Origin: a candidate division Zixibacteria bacterium RBG_16_53_22
GTDB lineage: Bacteria > Zixibacteria > MSB-5A5 > UBA10806
NCBI GenBank assembly: GCA_001775395.1
Contig: MEWP01000160.1
Coordinates: 266 to 64,265 of the forward strand
Direction: 5' to 3'
DNA: 64,000 nucleotides
Shown here: one piece after another, positions 9,501 through 20,362 of the stretch
Numbering within the stretch: position 1 is the first letter of the stretch
How the letters are laid out: every line of letters starts with the position of its first letter
Translations under genes and position numbers: made by a program
Notes under the pieces: generated by a model
Databases searched by the model: none
What the model was told of the DNA's origin: nothing
What the model saw: only the letters and a program-made list of their open reading frames with translations

Positions 9501-10274
9501 ATGCAGAGCGGCTCAAGATCGGTCTCGACATACAGAATCGGCGGGGGAGCTGTTTCAATGTTCCTGCTTTCGATGTGCATGGCATTGGCGGCAGTATTTT
9601 CCCGGGATTATTTATTCGTATCGCTCCTGATCATGCTGAGCATGGCGGCCCTTGCGTTCACCGGCCAGAGATTTGACGGCATTGCGAAAGTGGGCCGGTA
9701 TTCGATTTTATTGGCAGCGTTTGTATTCCTGCTGCATCTGTTCTCGCATCGAGGCCAGGTCATTTTCCATGTGTGGATTTTCGCGGCCACTATCGAGGGC
9801 GCCCGGGCCGGGCTCCTCTATGGATTGAAATTACTATCATTTACTTTTTCCGGCTACCTGATTTTCGCGGCTGTCGATCCTTTCGATCTGATTTACCCCC
9901 TCGAGCGGATAGCCCGCCATCTCGGGCCGCTCGGCAGGCATCTGGCCGCGGCGGCGATGGCATTCTACCTGGCGATGAGGTTCATTCCGGAGCTGATTGA
10001 ACGCGGCCGGTTGACCGCCATGGCCATGCGGTCGCGCGGGGTCGACCATAAGGGCGGATTGAGACAGAAAGCGAGATTCTCCCTTTTCCTGATCGCTCCC
10101 TTATTTGCAGGGGCCATAAAGAAAGCGAGCCTGATCGCCCTGGCGCTCGATATTAAAGGTTACGGCACAAGATTATACCGGGCGAGATTTCGGCCGATGC
10201 GGTTGAACCCGGCCGGCGCGGCGATTCTGGCGCTTGCGGTGAGCGTATTGATTGGAGGGTTTTTGACGGCATGA
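9501..10274 (+). CDS. ecfT: ECF transporter transmembrane component EcfT (CbiQ family)
   Basis: 257 aa membrane protein; conserved CbiQ/EcfT C-terminal region (IPELIERGRLTAMAMRSRG). Confidence 0.75.
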   Translation: MQSGSRSVSTYRIGGGAVSMFLLSMCMALAAVFSRDYLFVSLLIMLSMAALAFTGQRFDGIAKVGRYSILLAAFVFLLHLFSHRGQVIFHVWIFAATIEGARAGLLYGLKLLSFTFSGYLIFAAVDPFDLIYPLERIARHLGPLGRHLAAAAMAFYLAMRFIPELIERGRLTAMAMRSRGVDHKGGLRQKARFSLFLIAPLFAGAIKKASLIALALDIKGYGTRLYRARFRPMRLNPAGAAILALAVSVLIGGFLTA

Positions 10275-11064
10275 CAGGTCAAAGAGCCGGGAAACATGTC
10301 GAAACCGAGAATGAATCGGCGCCCGCGCGCAATATAGTGCTGAAACTGGAGTATTGCGGGCGGGATTTTCAGGGATGGCAGATTCAGGCCGGGGGCCGCA
10401 CCGTGCAGGGAGTCATTAAGGAAAATCTGGAGAAAGTTATCAGGCACGAGGTCAATTTGATCGGCGCCGGCAGAACAGACTCCGGAGTCCATGCCCTGGC
10501 CCAATATGCCAATTTTCGGACCTCGAATCCGGTTGCAATCGGCCAGATAAAACATAAACTGAACCAATTGCTGCCGGACGATATCGTTATCATGGATTGT
10601 TGGGAAGCGACTCCGCAATTCGATGCCAGGCGAAGCGCCGTTGAGCGGCAATATGCATATCTCATTTGCGAGAGGCCGTCGGCGATCAAGCGGCATTTAA
10701 CCTGGGTCTTGGGGCGAAAGCTCGACAGGGGCATGCTTGACCAGATGGCGGCGGTTGTCATGCGCGGCCGGAATTTCCGGAATTTCTGCAAATCCAAATC
10801 GCTTAAGGAAAATAGCGATTGCCGGGTGATGTCCGCCTCCTGGAGACGACGGAACGGATTGTTGAGATTCGAAATAACCGCCGACCGTTTTCTGCATAAT
10901 ATGGTGCGTCTATTGGTGGGCACCATGGTGTCCGTTCTTGATGGCGCCATTACGATGAGGCAATTTGAAAAAGCGGTCTTGGCGGAAATAAATGAAAAAG
11001 CGAAATATATTGCGCCTGCTTGCGGTCTATATCTGGCCGCGGTGAAATATGAAAGGGGTATTCG

Positions 11065-11068
<4 letters not shown>
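10271..11068 (+). CDS. truA: tRNA pseudouridine(38-40) synthase TruA
   Basis: 265 aa; [12 protein letters not shown]...[14 protein letters not shown] catalytic-Asp motif. Confidence 0.9.
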
Positions 11069-11708
<640 letters not shown>

Positions 11709-11712
<4 letters not shown>

Positions 11713-13004
11713 TCGAGCGCTACACCCTGCCGGAAATGGCCGAGCTCTGGTCGGAGAAAAATAAATTCGACACCTGGCTTCTGATAGAGTTAGCAGTATG
11801 CGAAGTTAGGGCGGCGCGCGGCGAGATCCCGCGAAAAGCGCTGGCCAACATCAAGAAAAGAGTTGCATTCGACCCTCAGCGTATCGCCGAAATCGAGGCC
11901 GAGGTCAATCATGATGTCATAGCGTTCCTGACCAATATTGCGGAGAATATAGGGTCGGATTCAAAATATATCCACGTGGGCTTGACATCATCGGATATTC
12001 TCGACACTGCCCTTGGGTATCTCATGAAACAGGCGGGGTCGATTATCAGAAAAAAGCTTGTGGCGATTGCAGACCTGCTGGCAGAGAAAGCCGTTAAGTA
12101 CGACAAGTCGCTTTGTATCGGACGGACACACGGGGTGCATGCCGAACCGACCGTTTTCGGCTTGAAGCTGGCCCTCTGGTGTTCCGAGTTTCGCCGCGAC
12201 ATAAGGCGACTGGACGCGGCAATCGAGGACGTGGCGGTGGGGAAACTCTCGGGCGCGGTTGGCAATTTCGCCCACATCGATCCTGAGATAGAGGAGCAGG
12301 TTTGCCGGCGGCTGGGGCTTGGCGCGGCCGAGGTCTCAACGCAAGTGATTCAGCGGGACCGCCATGCGCATTTTCTGGCGACTCTGGCGGTGATCGGCGG
12401 GACAGTAGAGAAGATCGCGACCGAGATCAGAAATTTGCAGCGCACCGAAATTCTGGAGCTCGAAGAGGGATTCGGGCGCCGCCAGAAAGGCTCATCGGCC
12501 ATGCCGCATAAAAGAAATCCTGTCACCTGCGAGCGTCTGGCGGGCCTGGCCAGGGTGATCAGGGCCAACTCGATGGCCGCCATGGAGAACATGGCCCTCT
12601 GGCACGAGCGCGATATAACGCACTCCTCGGTGGAACGCATCATCATTCCCGATTCGACGACGCTCCTGTACTACATGCTGGAGAGACTTCATTTCGTGCT
12701 ATCAAACCTGGTTGTCAATACCGATAATATGAGAAGAAACCTGGAATTGACGCGGGGATTGATATTCTCCCAGCGGCTGCTGCTCGGCTTGACAGAGCGC
12801 ATGAAGACTCGTGAGGCGGCTTATGAGGCAGTTCAGGAACTGGCTATGAAAAGCTGGAGGGATAAGCTCGATTTCAAGGAAATGGTTGAACGCTCTCCGG
12901 TAATTAGAAAATATTTAAAGCCAAGAGAGATCGAGGCGTTGTTCGATTATGGCTATTTCAGCCGGCGGGCGGGCGATATCATAAGAAGGGCGGTAGCCGA
13001 ATGA
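11709..13004 (+). CDS. purB: Adenylosuccinate lyase
   Basis: 431 aa; [20 protein letters not shown]..., fumarate-lyase signature [11 protein letters not shown]. Confidence 0.9.
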
Positions 13005-13621
13005 CCAAAGAAGGCGCGATTTTCCCGATACCATTTTATATTATTGCCATCATCCTCTTTGTGGTCTTTCACCGAAATACGAATATAACGTACCTTTATT
13101 TATCGGCTGGCGTGTTTTATTTCGGCCTGATCATTATGTTGTTTTTCCGCGACCCCGACAGGAAAGTCCCGGAAGGGGAGAAACTGGTTATTTCACCTGC
13201 CGATGGGAAAGTGATCAGGCTGGATGGAAACAACGATTCGCCATCGGCCTCGATATTCCTGGCCCTCTACAATGTCCATGTCAACAGGTCGCCTGTGGAC
13301 GGAGTCATCAAATCGGTGACTCATCATCCGGGTAAATTTCATGCGGCATTCCGCAGCGAGGCGATGAAGGAGAACCAGCGCAACGAGGTCGAGATCCAAA
13401 CCTCCAACGGAATCGTGCGGATGCATCAAGTGACCGGGGCTCTGGCGCGCCGGGCGATATTCTACAAAAGGCCCGGCGAACGGGTAAAAGCGGGGGAGAG
13501 AGTCGGGCTAATTCGTTTCGGGAGCCGGGTCGACCTGTTCCTTCCGTCGGGAACGAAATTGGATCTTAGTTTGAACCGCAGGGTGCGGGCGGGTGAAACT
13601 GTTATAGGGATGCTGCCGTGA
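13001..13621 (+). CDS. psd: Phosphatidylserine decarboxylase family protein (small archaeal-type Psd)
   Basis: 206 aa; N-terminal TM helix, LYNVHVNRSPVDG...GSRVD (cleavage-site region). Confidence 0.8.
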   Translation: MTKEGAIFPIPFYIIAIILFVVFHRNTNITYLYLSAGVFYFGLIIMLFFRDPDRKVPEGEKLVISPADGKVIRLDGNNDSPSASIFLALYNVHVNRSPVDGVIKSVTHHPGKFHAAFRSEAMKENQRNEVEIQTSNGIVRMHQVTGALARRAIFYKRPGERVKAGERVGLIRFGSRVDLFLPSGTKLDLSLNRRVRAGETVIGMLP

Positions 13622-14397
13622 GGGATATCAAGGGAATACTCCCCGGGATGTTCACCATGGGTAATTTGGCCTGCGGATTTGGCGCGATCGTGTTGGCCGG
13701 CGGGGCCGGTGGCGCAGTGAGCACCAACGTGACCCGCAATCTGTTCGAGGCCGTGTGGCTTATCATTCTGGCGGCTTTTTTTGATTTTCTCGATGGTTTG
13801 ATTGCGCGATTCTCCAAGTCTTACTCCAGATTTGGGGTGGAGTTGGATTCACTGACCGATATCGTCTCATTTGGTGTGGCCCCAGCGGTGATACTGGTTA
13901 GTTATTCGCTAATTTCACATGGCCATTGGGCATGGATTCTCGGTTTCGTTTACCTGATGGCGGCGAATTATCGTCTGGCGCGGTTCAATCTGTCGGCCTC
14001 CTTGGAAAAGAAGGCGAATTTCGTCGGCCTTCCGGTCCCATCGGCAGCGATAGCCATAGTATCATACATATTGTTTTCCTATGAGCTTTGGGGCGAGATC
14101 AGGATGGAACGCTTCTTCGTCATTTTGGCTCTGGCCTCATCGGCCCTGATGGTCTCGACAGTCGAATTCGAAACCATGCCGCGGTTCGATTTCACGCAAG
14201 CGAAAAATAGGATTAAGGTCTTTTTCATACTCCTGGCGGCGGTCGCGATCATGATTAATGCCTCGCTGATGATATTTCCTTTTGTGCTTCTGTATATTCT
14301 CTACGGGGTGGTCAAGCTGATGATCATGATATTTGTCGGCGCCAAAAAGGTGACCAAGAAGAAATCCCCGGGTGAGGCAGTAACGCATGGCGATTAA
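13618..14397 (+). CDS. pssA: CDP-diacylglycerol--serine O-phosphatidyltransferase (CDP-alcohol phosphatidyltransferase family)
   Basis: 259 aa; motif DFLDGLIARF...GVELDSLTD; adjacent to psd. Confidence 0.8.
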   Translation: MRDIKGILPGMFTMGNLACGFGAIVLAGGAGGAVSTNVTRNLFEAVWLIILAAFFDFLDGLIARFSKSYSRFGVELDSLTDIVSFGVAPAVILVSYSLISHGHWAWILGFVYLMAANYRLARFNLSASLEKKANFVGLPVPSAAIAIVSYILFSYELWGEIRMERFFVILALASSALMVSTVEFETMPRFDFTQAKNRIKVFFILLAAVAIMINASLMIFPFVLLYILYGVVKLMIMIFVGAKKVTKKKSPGEAVTHGD

Positions 14398-14413
14398 CAG
14401 TGGGAGCGACCCT

Positions 14414-14662
14414 ATGAGATTTTCGGCAAGTATCAAAGTAGTTCTCAAGGATGGTGTTTTGGATCCTCAAGGTGAAACCATAGGCCGTGCCCTGAAAGAC
14501 CTTGGATTCGAATCTATCGTCAGCGCCTCGTCTGGCAGGATTTTCAGGCTCGATATCGACGCCGAGACTGAAGCCCAGGCCCGGAAAATCGCAGGCGAGG
14601 CGGCCTCGAAACTGCTGGCCAATCCTGTCATTGAACGGTATGAAGTGGAGATGGCCAAATGA
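14414..14662 (+). CDS. purS: Phosphoribosylformylglycinamidine synthase subunit PurS
   Basis: about 82 aa from ATG 14414: MRFSASIKVVLKDGVLDPQGETIGRAL...; 4-nt overlap with purQ. Confidence 0.85.
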   Translation: MRFSASIKVVLKDGVLDPQGETIGRALKDLGFESIVSASSGRIFRLDIDAETEAQARKIAGEAASKLLANPVIERYEVEMAK

Positions 14663-15366
14663 AAGTCGGCGTCGTAGTATTCCCCGGATCCAATTGCGAT
14701 CATGACGCTTATAGCGCATTCAAGCTGGTCAAGGGGGTTACGGTTTCGTATCTCTGGCATGGCTCGCAGGACCTGGCGGGAGCGGAAATTGTGGTTCTTC
14801 CGGGCGGTTTTTCCTATGGCGATTATCTTCGAGCAGGTGCGATCGCTCGCTTCTCGCCAATAATGAAGAAGGTGATCGAATTTGCCCGCGGCGGCGGTAT
14901 CGTGCTGGGAATCTGCAATGGATTCCAGATCCTGACAGAATCGGGGCTGCTTCCCGGAGCGCTGATGAGAAACAGCGGTTTGCGTTTCATTTGCAGGCAG
15001 GTTATCTTAAGGGTGGAAAATGTCAACACGCTTCTGACCGCTGACATCAAAACCGACAGGCTTCTCAGGATGCCGGTGGCGCATGGCGAAGGGGGGTATT
15101 TTGTAGATGATGCGACTTTGGTCGACTTGGAAAAAAGGGGACAGGTCATTTTCCGTTATGTCGATGCCGAGGGGGTGGTGACGGCAAATGCCAACCCCAA
15201 TGGGTCGGTGAACAATATTGCAGGTATAATGAATATCGAGGGAAACGTGTACGGCATGATGCCCCATCCCGAGAGAGCTTGCGAGCCTGTCTTGGGTTCA
15301 AATGATGGTTTATCATTGGTCAAGTCACTTTGTTCACAGGTGGCGGGAGGCGCAATTGCGAGATAA
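14659..15366 (+). CDS. purQ: Phosphoribosylformylglycinamidine synthase glutaminase subunit PurQ
   Basis: 235 aa; MKVGVVVFPGSNCDHD, catalytic GICNGFQ, HPER. Confidence 0.9.
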   Translation: MKVGVVVFPGSNCDHDAYSAFKLVKGVTVSYLWHGSQDLAGAEIVVLPGGFSYGDYLRAGAIARFSPIMKKVIEFARGGGIVLGICNGFQILTESGLLPGALMRNSGLRFICRQVILRVENVNTLLTADIKTDRLLRMPVAHGEGGYFVDDATLVDLEKRGQVIFRYVDAEGVVTANANPNGSVNNIAGIMNIEGNVYGMMPHPERACEPVLGSNDGLSLVKSLCSQVAGGAIAR

Positions 15367-15655
15367 GGAAATCAGATTCGTAATCTTCTCGCTGCTCATG
15401 GCGGCGATAATCGGGGGATTTGTGGGTGAATTTATCGGCTCATATCTTCCCGAGGGTGCCGTAAAGACCCTTTTTGTCAAGAGCCTGGATATCGGTATCG
15501 GGCAGCGGGGTTTAGCCGTAAACGAAATTCAGGAACCGGTTTATATCAACCTCTACAGCATTTCGCTGGCTTTCGGCCTGTTGATTAAGATTAATTTTGT
15601 GTCGCTTTTATTAATCATACTTGTTATAATTTACTTTAAATGGTGGTACTTATAA
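15356..15655 (+). CDS. Small membrane protein (DUF4321-like); start uncertain (TTG 15356 or ATG 15302)
   Basis: Two hydrophobic segments (FVIFSLLMAAIIGGFVGEFIG ... FVSLLLIILVIIYFKWW); overlaps end of purQ. Confidence 0.4.
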   Translation: MRDKEIRFVIFSLLMAAIIGGFVGEFIGSYLPEGAVKTLFVKSLDIGIGQRGLAVNEIQEPVYINLYSISLAFGLLIKINFVSLLLIILVIIYFKWWYL

Positions 15656-15671
15656 TACGCGAGGTGAATAA

Positions 15672-15920
15672 ATGGAAAGATTAATATTATTATCCATGCC
15701 CGGCGGCACCGAGCTTCTGCTTCTGATGCTGGTGGTGCTGATCTTGTTTGGCGCCAGGCGCATTCCGGAGGTGGCCCAAAACCTGGGCAAGGGAATAAGA
15801 GAATTCAAGAAATCGATGAAAGAAGTGCAATCGGAGATCGATTCGGCGGATCCCCAAAAAGATAAAATTGAAAAATCCAAGCAGGATAGCATCGGACGGC
15901 CGGATAAACCTAATGAATAA
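15672..15920 (+). CDS. tatA: Twin-arginine translocase subunit TatA/E
   Basis: MPGGTELLLLMLVVLILFGARRIPEVAQNLGKGIREFKK; true start may be the internal Met at 15696. Confidence 0.85.
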   Translation: MERLILLSMPGGTELLLLMLVVLILFGARRIPEVAQNLGKGIREFKKSMKEVQSEIDSADPQKDKIEKSKQDSIGRPDKPNE

Positions 15921-16374
15921 GCCTGTTTTTTCCAAAGAGGATATCGACCGGATCGCCGCCTGCCTGGGAAATCTCAAGGTGTCCGACAATAAGGATCATT
16001 ACAGGCTGAAGCTTTCGAATCCGGGGGAAAAACGTCAGCTCTCGCTTGAAATTTACCCGGAGGTTTCGCTGGGAGAGCACTCCAAAGGCGCCTTGATTGT
16101 GGTTTATACGCAGAACTGCCATCTGCAACTGCATGATTGCTCAGGTTACGTGGTCTCGGAGGAACTGGGTGAGGTGACTTTCGTCTCAGAGACGCCCGGC
16201 AAGATATCCGGCTTAGTTGTCGAAAAGGAGGCGGCCTGTTCGCTTTATTCGAATGCCGAGCGGGGATTGATATCGGACGATTTCACCAGGTTTGGGGTCG
16301 AGGTGATGCTATCGGGGGTGGCGCTTAGCCTGGCGGAGGAAATCTTATCCTCGAAGAGCGGTTCTGAGCAGTAG
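15913..16374 (+). CDS. Hypothetical protein
   Basis: ORF from ATG 15913 (overlaps tatA stop); no recognisable motifs. Confidence 0.4.
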   Translation: MNKPVFSKEDIDRIAACLGNLKVSDNKDHYRLKLSNPGEKRQLSLEIYPEVSLGEHSKGALIVVYTQNCHLQLHDCSGYVVSEELGEVTFVSETPGKISGLVVEKEAACSLYSNAERGLISDDFTRFGVEVMLSGVALSLAEEILSSKSGSEQ

Positions 16375-16428
16375 GCAAAGAAATTTTTTCCCTCATTACA
16401 TGGACTTTAACGGTCGATAAGGTGACAT

Positions 16429-16830
16429 ATGCAATTCACGAGGAAAGGCGATTATGCGTTGCGGGCCATGGTCTACCTGGCCGATTCCCAAAACAGCTCC
16501 ACGCACACAATTGATGAGATTTCAAGAAACAGCAAGGTGCCCCGTCATTTCCTGGCCAAAATATTGAAGGACCTGACTAGAGCCAATCTCTTAATAGCGG
16601 TCAAGGGGGCCAGGGGCGGCTACAGGCTTTCGCGCCAGGCATCGGAAATCAGCTTGCTGGAGGTGATCGAGGCCACGATCGGCCAGATAGCATTAAATCT
16701 TTGCAACGAAGGTGTCGATCGATGCCCCGACAGCGAAACCTGCGGGCTTTACCCGGTCTGGGATCAAGCCTCAACGGCGGTGAAGAACATATTCGGGCAG
16801 ACCAAGTTAAGCTCGCTGAAATCCAAATAG
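16429..16830 (+). CDS. iscR: Rrf2-family transcriptional regulator (IscR-like)
   Basis: 133 aa; MQFTRKGDYALRAMVYLA HTH; C-terminal Cys ligands (CNEGVDRC...C). Confidence 0.85.
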   Translation: MQFTRKGDYALRAMVYLADSQNSSTHTIDEISRNSKVPRHFLAKILKDLTRANLLIAVKGARGGYRLSRQASEISLLEVIEATIGQIALNLCNEGVDRCPDSETCGLYPVWDQASTAVKNIFGQTKLSSLKSK

Positions 16831-16836
16831 GAATTT

Positions 16837-18039
16837 ATGTCAGGAAATTTCATATATTTCGATAACATAAACACCACGTTTCCCGATGAAGAAGTTGTCG
16901 CCTGCATGGAACAGGCGCTGCATTCCAAATTAGGGAATCCATCGGCCCATATACACTCCGCCGGAATCGATGCTGCCAGATTGCTCGATAATTCCAGAGC
17001 CAAAGTCGCCGCGCTGATAGGCGCTCAGCCCGATTCAGTAATATTCACATCGGGTGCGACTGAGGCGAACAATCTCGCCATCAGCGGTTTCATGGGGGCC
17101 AATCCCGATTATCAACTGGCAGTTCTATCCATAGAACATTTTTCAATAATTAATCAGGCCCGCAAATCTAAATTAGGCGGGCGGAATGTATTATTCATCG
17201 ATGTCGACAGAACCGGGTTGGCAAATCTGGAACAGCTCGCCGAATTTGTCAGGTCCGGCCCAACATTGGTTTCGATCGCTTACGCCAATCCAGAAATAGG
17301 AACCGTCCAGCAAGTCGAGCAGATCTGTCGAATCTGTCGGGACCAGGGAGCGACTTACCATTGCGATGCCACAGTCGCCGCATCCACCCACGCGATAGAT
17401 GTCGGCAAGCTCGGTATTGATCTGCTCACTCTGTCGGGGCATAACATATATGGGCCGACCGGAATAGGCGCCCTTTTCATTGAAAAAGGGGTTAATATGC
17501 GCTCGTTGTTTGAGGGTGGCAACCAGGAGCATGGCATCAGGCCGGGCACCGAAAATATCGTGGGCGCCGTCGGATTCGGAAAGGCCTGCGAAATGGCTGT
17601 CGCAAACAGGATGAAATGGTCCCGTGAAATATCCGTCATGGGCTGTCGCCTTTGGCAGGGATTATCAGAAAATGTGCCTTTCATTCATCTAACCGGCCAT
17701 CCCGAGAAAAGGCTTGCCGGGCATGTTTCATTCTGGGTGGAGCATATCGAGGGGGAGTCGATTCTTCTCCTCCTCAACATGAAAGGTTTCATGGCAGCCT
17801 CCGGCTCGGCATGCAGCTCGAATCTCAAGGGCGAGGACGAGACGGACCTGGTGGCCTCGCACGTGCTGACCGCGGTTGGAGTCCCCGCGGATATTTGCGC
17901 CGGCTCGTTGACTCTGACCCTTGGGAAATACAATACCATTGAAGAAGTCGAATCCGTCATAAATATCATGCCGGGATTAGTCGAGAAACTGCTGGCGATG
18001 TCGCCCAGTTATAGTGACTATATGAGGAAGAAGGAGTAA
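16837..18039 (+). CDS. iscS: Cysteine desulfurase (NifS/IscS)
   Basis: 400 aa; class V aminotransferase, PLP-Lys region [15 protein letters not shown], catalytic Cys loop SGSACSS. Confidence 0.9.
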   Translation: MSGNFIYFDNINTTFPDEEVVACMEQALHSKLGNPSAHIHSAGIDAARLLDNSRAKVAALIGAQPDSVIFTSGATEANNLAISGFMGANPDYQLAVLSIEHFSIINQARKSKLGGRNVLFIDVDRTGLANLEQLAEFVRSGPTLVSIAYANPEIGTVQQVEQICRICRDQGATYHCDATVAASTHAIDVGKLGIDLLTLSGHNIYGPTGIGALFIEKGVNMRSLFEGGNQEHGIRPGTENIVGAVGFGKACEMAVANRMKWSREISVMGCRLWQGLSENVPFIHLTGHPEKRLAGHVSFWVEHIEGESILLLLNMKGFMAASGSACSSNLKGEDETDLVASHVLTAVGVPADICAGSLTLTLGKYNTIEEVESVINIMPGLVEKLLAMSPSYSDYMRKKE

Positions 18040-18043
18040 CCAG

Positions 18044-18433
18044 ATGGAAAATAAATCATTCCCATATTCCGAATTGGTGATGGAGCATTTCTCGAATCCG
18101 AGGAACATGGGCGAAATAGAGAACGCCTCGGCAGTAGGCAACGCCGGCAATCCCAATTGCGGCGATCTCATGCGTCTTTACCTCAAAATAGAGGATGGTA
18201 TCATTATCGATGCCAAATTCAAGACATTCGGCTGCGGGGCGGCCATAGCATCGTCCTCCATGCTCACCGAGATGTTGAAAGGCAAAAGGCTGGAGGATGC
18301 CCTGAAAATATCCAATCAGGCGGTAGCCGATGCGCTCGGGGGGCTTCCCCCGGTGAAAATCCATTGTTCGGTCATGGCCGAGGAAGCGCTAAAAGCGGCA
18401 ATGGAGGATTATGAAAAACGGAAGAATTCATAA
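18044..18433 (+). CDS. iscU: Fe-S cluster assembly scaffold (NifU/IscU N-terminal type)
   Basis: 129 aa; [26 protein letters not shown] conserved Cys motifs. Confidence 0.9.
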   Translation: MENKSFPYSELVMEHFSNPRNMGEIENASAVGNAGNPNCGDLMRLYLKIEDGIIIDAKFKTFGCGAAIASSSMLTEMLKGKRLEDALKISNQAVADALGGLPPVKIHCSVMAEEALKAAMEDYEKRKNS

Positions 18434-18489
18434 TTTTCACCCAATTCCAATCTGGCGTCGGATTTATTTCGGCGCTTTTTTTATTGCCA

Positions 18490-18637
18490 GGCCGGCCGGT
18501 TCCGCCCGCCCGCGCGGGCGGCAAACCCGCCCGAGATGCCGCTCGATTGATCTGTGGTGTTAAGCAAGCGCCGGCGAGCTTTCCTAGCTTACGCTGCGGC
18601 GGGTTCCGGGCCGAAAGGCCCGCGGAACCGGCCGGCC
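18490..18637. repeat. 148-nt GC-rich intergenic element bounded by perfect 16-bp terminal inverted repeats (GGCCGGCCGGTTCCGC / GCGGAACCGGCCGGCC)
   Basis: Exact reverse-complement arms at 18490-18505 and 18622-18637; internal palindrome 18506-18521 and GNRA hairpin GGGCC-GAAA-GGCCC 18608-18621; related element at 36957-37109. Confidence 0.5.
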
Positions 18638-18739
18638 AAACTTGAGGCGGGCGACGGTTTTCCAAAAAGCGCTTGACAATATCGGCGGCATGAATTTAAT
18701 AATGTCGAACTGAATGTTTCGTGCAAATATGGAGGTAGC

Positions 18740-19081
18740 ATGAAAAAGCACATTATCATTGCGGTTTTGGGATTTGGCTTGATGGTCGTGGCTTGCGACA
18801 AACAGCGAGCATTGGACAGGATATTGGCCGATCCGCAGATGAAGACATATATCATGGGCGAAATTATGAAGAGCGAACAGACCAGGGCTCAGATTGCCGA
18901 TTCCCTGTTCGCCGATCCCATTCTCACAAGCGCCTATTTGAACCGCCTTGTTCAAAACCAATACAGCAGAGAGGATTTGCTCAGACGAATCATGCAGGTC
19001 GACACTTCCGGTCTGTGGACAGTTTCGATATTGGCGGAGGATCCTCGTTTTAAAAATCAGATGAAGCAGGCATCCAAGTAG
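18740..19081 (+). CDS. Predicted lipoprotein (hypothetical)
   Basis: 113 aa; signal peptide with lipobox MVVAC at residues 15-19. Confidence 0.5.
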   Translation: MKKHIIIAVLGFGLMVVACDKQRALDRILADPQMKTYIMGEIMKSEQTRAQIADSLFADPILTSAYLNRLVQNQYSREDLLRRIMQVDTSGLWTVSILAEDPRFKNQMKQASK

Positions 19082-19109
19082 CCTGGCCGATAATGCGAAT
19101 GCAGGATAC

Positions 19110-19140
19110 GGCCGTACCTGGTAAGGTGCGGCCTTTTTAA
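19110..19140. terminator. Bidirectional rho-independent terminator between convergent genes
   Basis: Hairpin GGCCGTACC-tggtaa-GGTGCGGCC followed by TTTTT on + strand and A-tract upstream. Confidence 0.55.
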
Positions 19141-19661
19141 TTTCTCAGGGTATCGCGGAGCCTGACAATGACAAGCGCCCAGATAAGTGTCACGCTCATC
19201 AAAACTGCTACGATCAGGGGTGGTGACTGCGACACGTCCTTGACGATTTTCAAAATGGCTTCCGCTTGCGTGGCAATGTCGGATAAATTGATATCGAATG
19301 CCTGCGGGAAGCCGCTAATGATATCACGCGCATATCGGGTGATTGCACCCCGATAAAGGGCGACCATTAAGATCAGGCCGGCATAGACTGTCAAGATCAG
19401 TCCTATGCGAGCCATCTTTATGCGTCTCAGCATTCTGTGCGCGAATTTTTCGTAAGTCAGATTCGCCATCACATTATCGTAAATATCCAACGATGCCGGC
19501 AAAAGGTTGATATTTCCGATTTCGCGGGATATTTCCTCGGGCAATTCCAGGGTCTCTTGGCAACGAGCACAACCTTCCAAATGCGCCAGAATTGTGTCAT
19601 GGTCCAAAAGAGGATCGCCGGAAATCAGCGCATATTGAATCTGTCGGCAGTCAAACCGCAT
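19137..19661 (-). CDS. Anti-sigma factor, zinc-finger type, single TM helix
   Basis: 174 aa; N-terminal H-x3-C-x2-C motif (HLEGCARCQ), central hydrophobic helix; immediately downstream of and overlapping the ECF sigma gene. Confidence 0.65.
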   Translation of the reverse strand: MRFDCRQIQYALISGDPLLDHDTILAHLEGCARCQETLELPEEISREIGNINLLPASLDIYDNVMANLTYEKFAHRMLRRIKMARIGLILTVYAGLILMVALYRGAITRYARDIISGFPQAFDINLSDIATQAEAILKIVKDVSQSPPLIVAVLMSVTLIWALVIVRLRDTLRN

Positions 19662-20262
19662 ATTTTTCCCAAAGCGTTTTCAATTCATGTTTGGCGCGGA
19701 AAAGCCTGATCTTGACTGTCCCAACGGGGCAATTGAGAACCTGAGCGATTTCCTCATATTTCAAATCATCGAAATAATGCAGCATGATAATTACCTTGTG
19801 TTCCGGCTTCAGGCGGTCGATAAGCCTCCTTATCGTCATTCTCAAGGGGATATTTTCACCGCTATCGAGGGGGGCATCGGGTTCGATCTCCTGGGCCGCG
19901 CTGGGAATCTTGTTTCTCTTTATATAATTCAGGGCCGTATTATGAGCAATTCGATAGAGCCATGTCTTAAATGATGATTTTTTCTCGAATCGCCGTAACG
20001 CCCTATATGCTCGAAGAAACGCCTCCTGGGATATATCCTTGGCGGAATCCTCGGATAATACCATTCCACGGATAAGTGTATAGATGAAATTTTCATATTT
20101 CTTAACGAGAATTCCGAAAGCCTCGATATCGCCATCGCCGACCCTGGCGATTATGTCTTCATCCGAAAGAGTGCCAGCCAGGCAATTCCTCAACGGGGGC
20201 GATGCCGGGATTGCATATCCCCGCACTATATTCAGTGCCAGGTTGTTGCTTATCATTTCCAT
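19651..20262 (-). CDS. RNA polymerase ECF-type sigma-70 factor
   Basis: Region 2 (FLRAYRALRRF...TWLYRIAHNTALNYIKR) and region 4 HTH (YEEIAQVLNCPVGTVKIRLFRA); start chosen at internal Met (ORF extends to 20319). Confidence 0.85.
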   Translation of the reverse strand: MEMISNNLALNIVRGYAIPASPPLRNCLAGTLSDEDIIARVGDGDIEAFGILVKKYENFIYTLIRGMVLSEDSAKDISQEAFLRAYRALRRFEKKSSFKTWLYRIAHNTALNYIKRNKIPSAAQEIEPDAPLDSGENIPLRMTIRRLIDRLKPEHKVIIMLHYFDDLKYEEIAQVLNCPVGTVKIRLFRAKHELKTLWEKYAV

Positions 20263-20362
20263 CTCTCTGACATTAGATACGAGGAAATTGTTTCCCCGGA
20301 TTCCTTTTTTTTGAAACATTTTCGGCCATTATATTGTCCAAGCGAAAAAAGAAGGAGGAATA

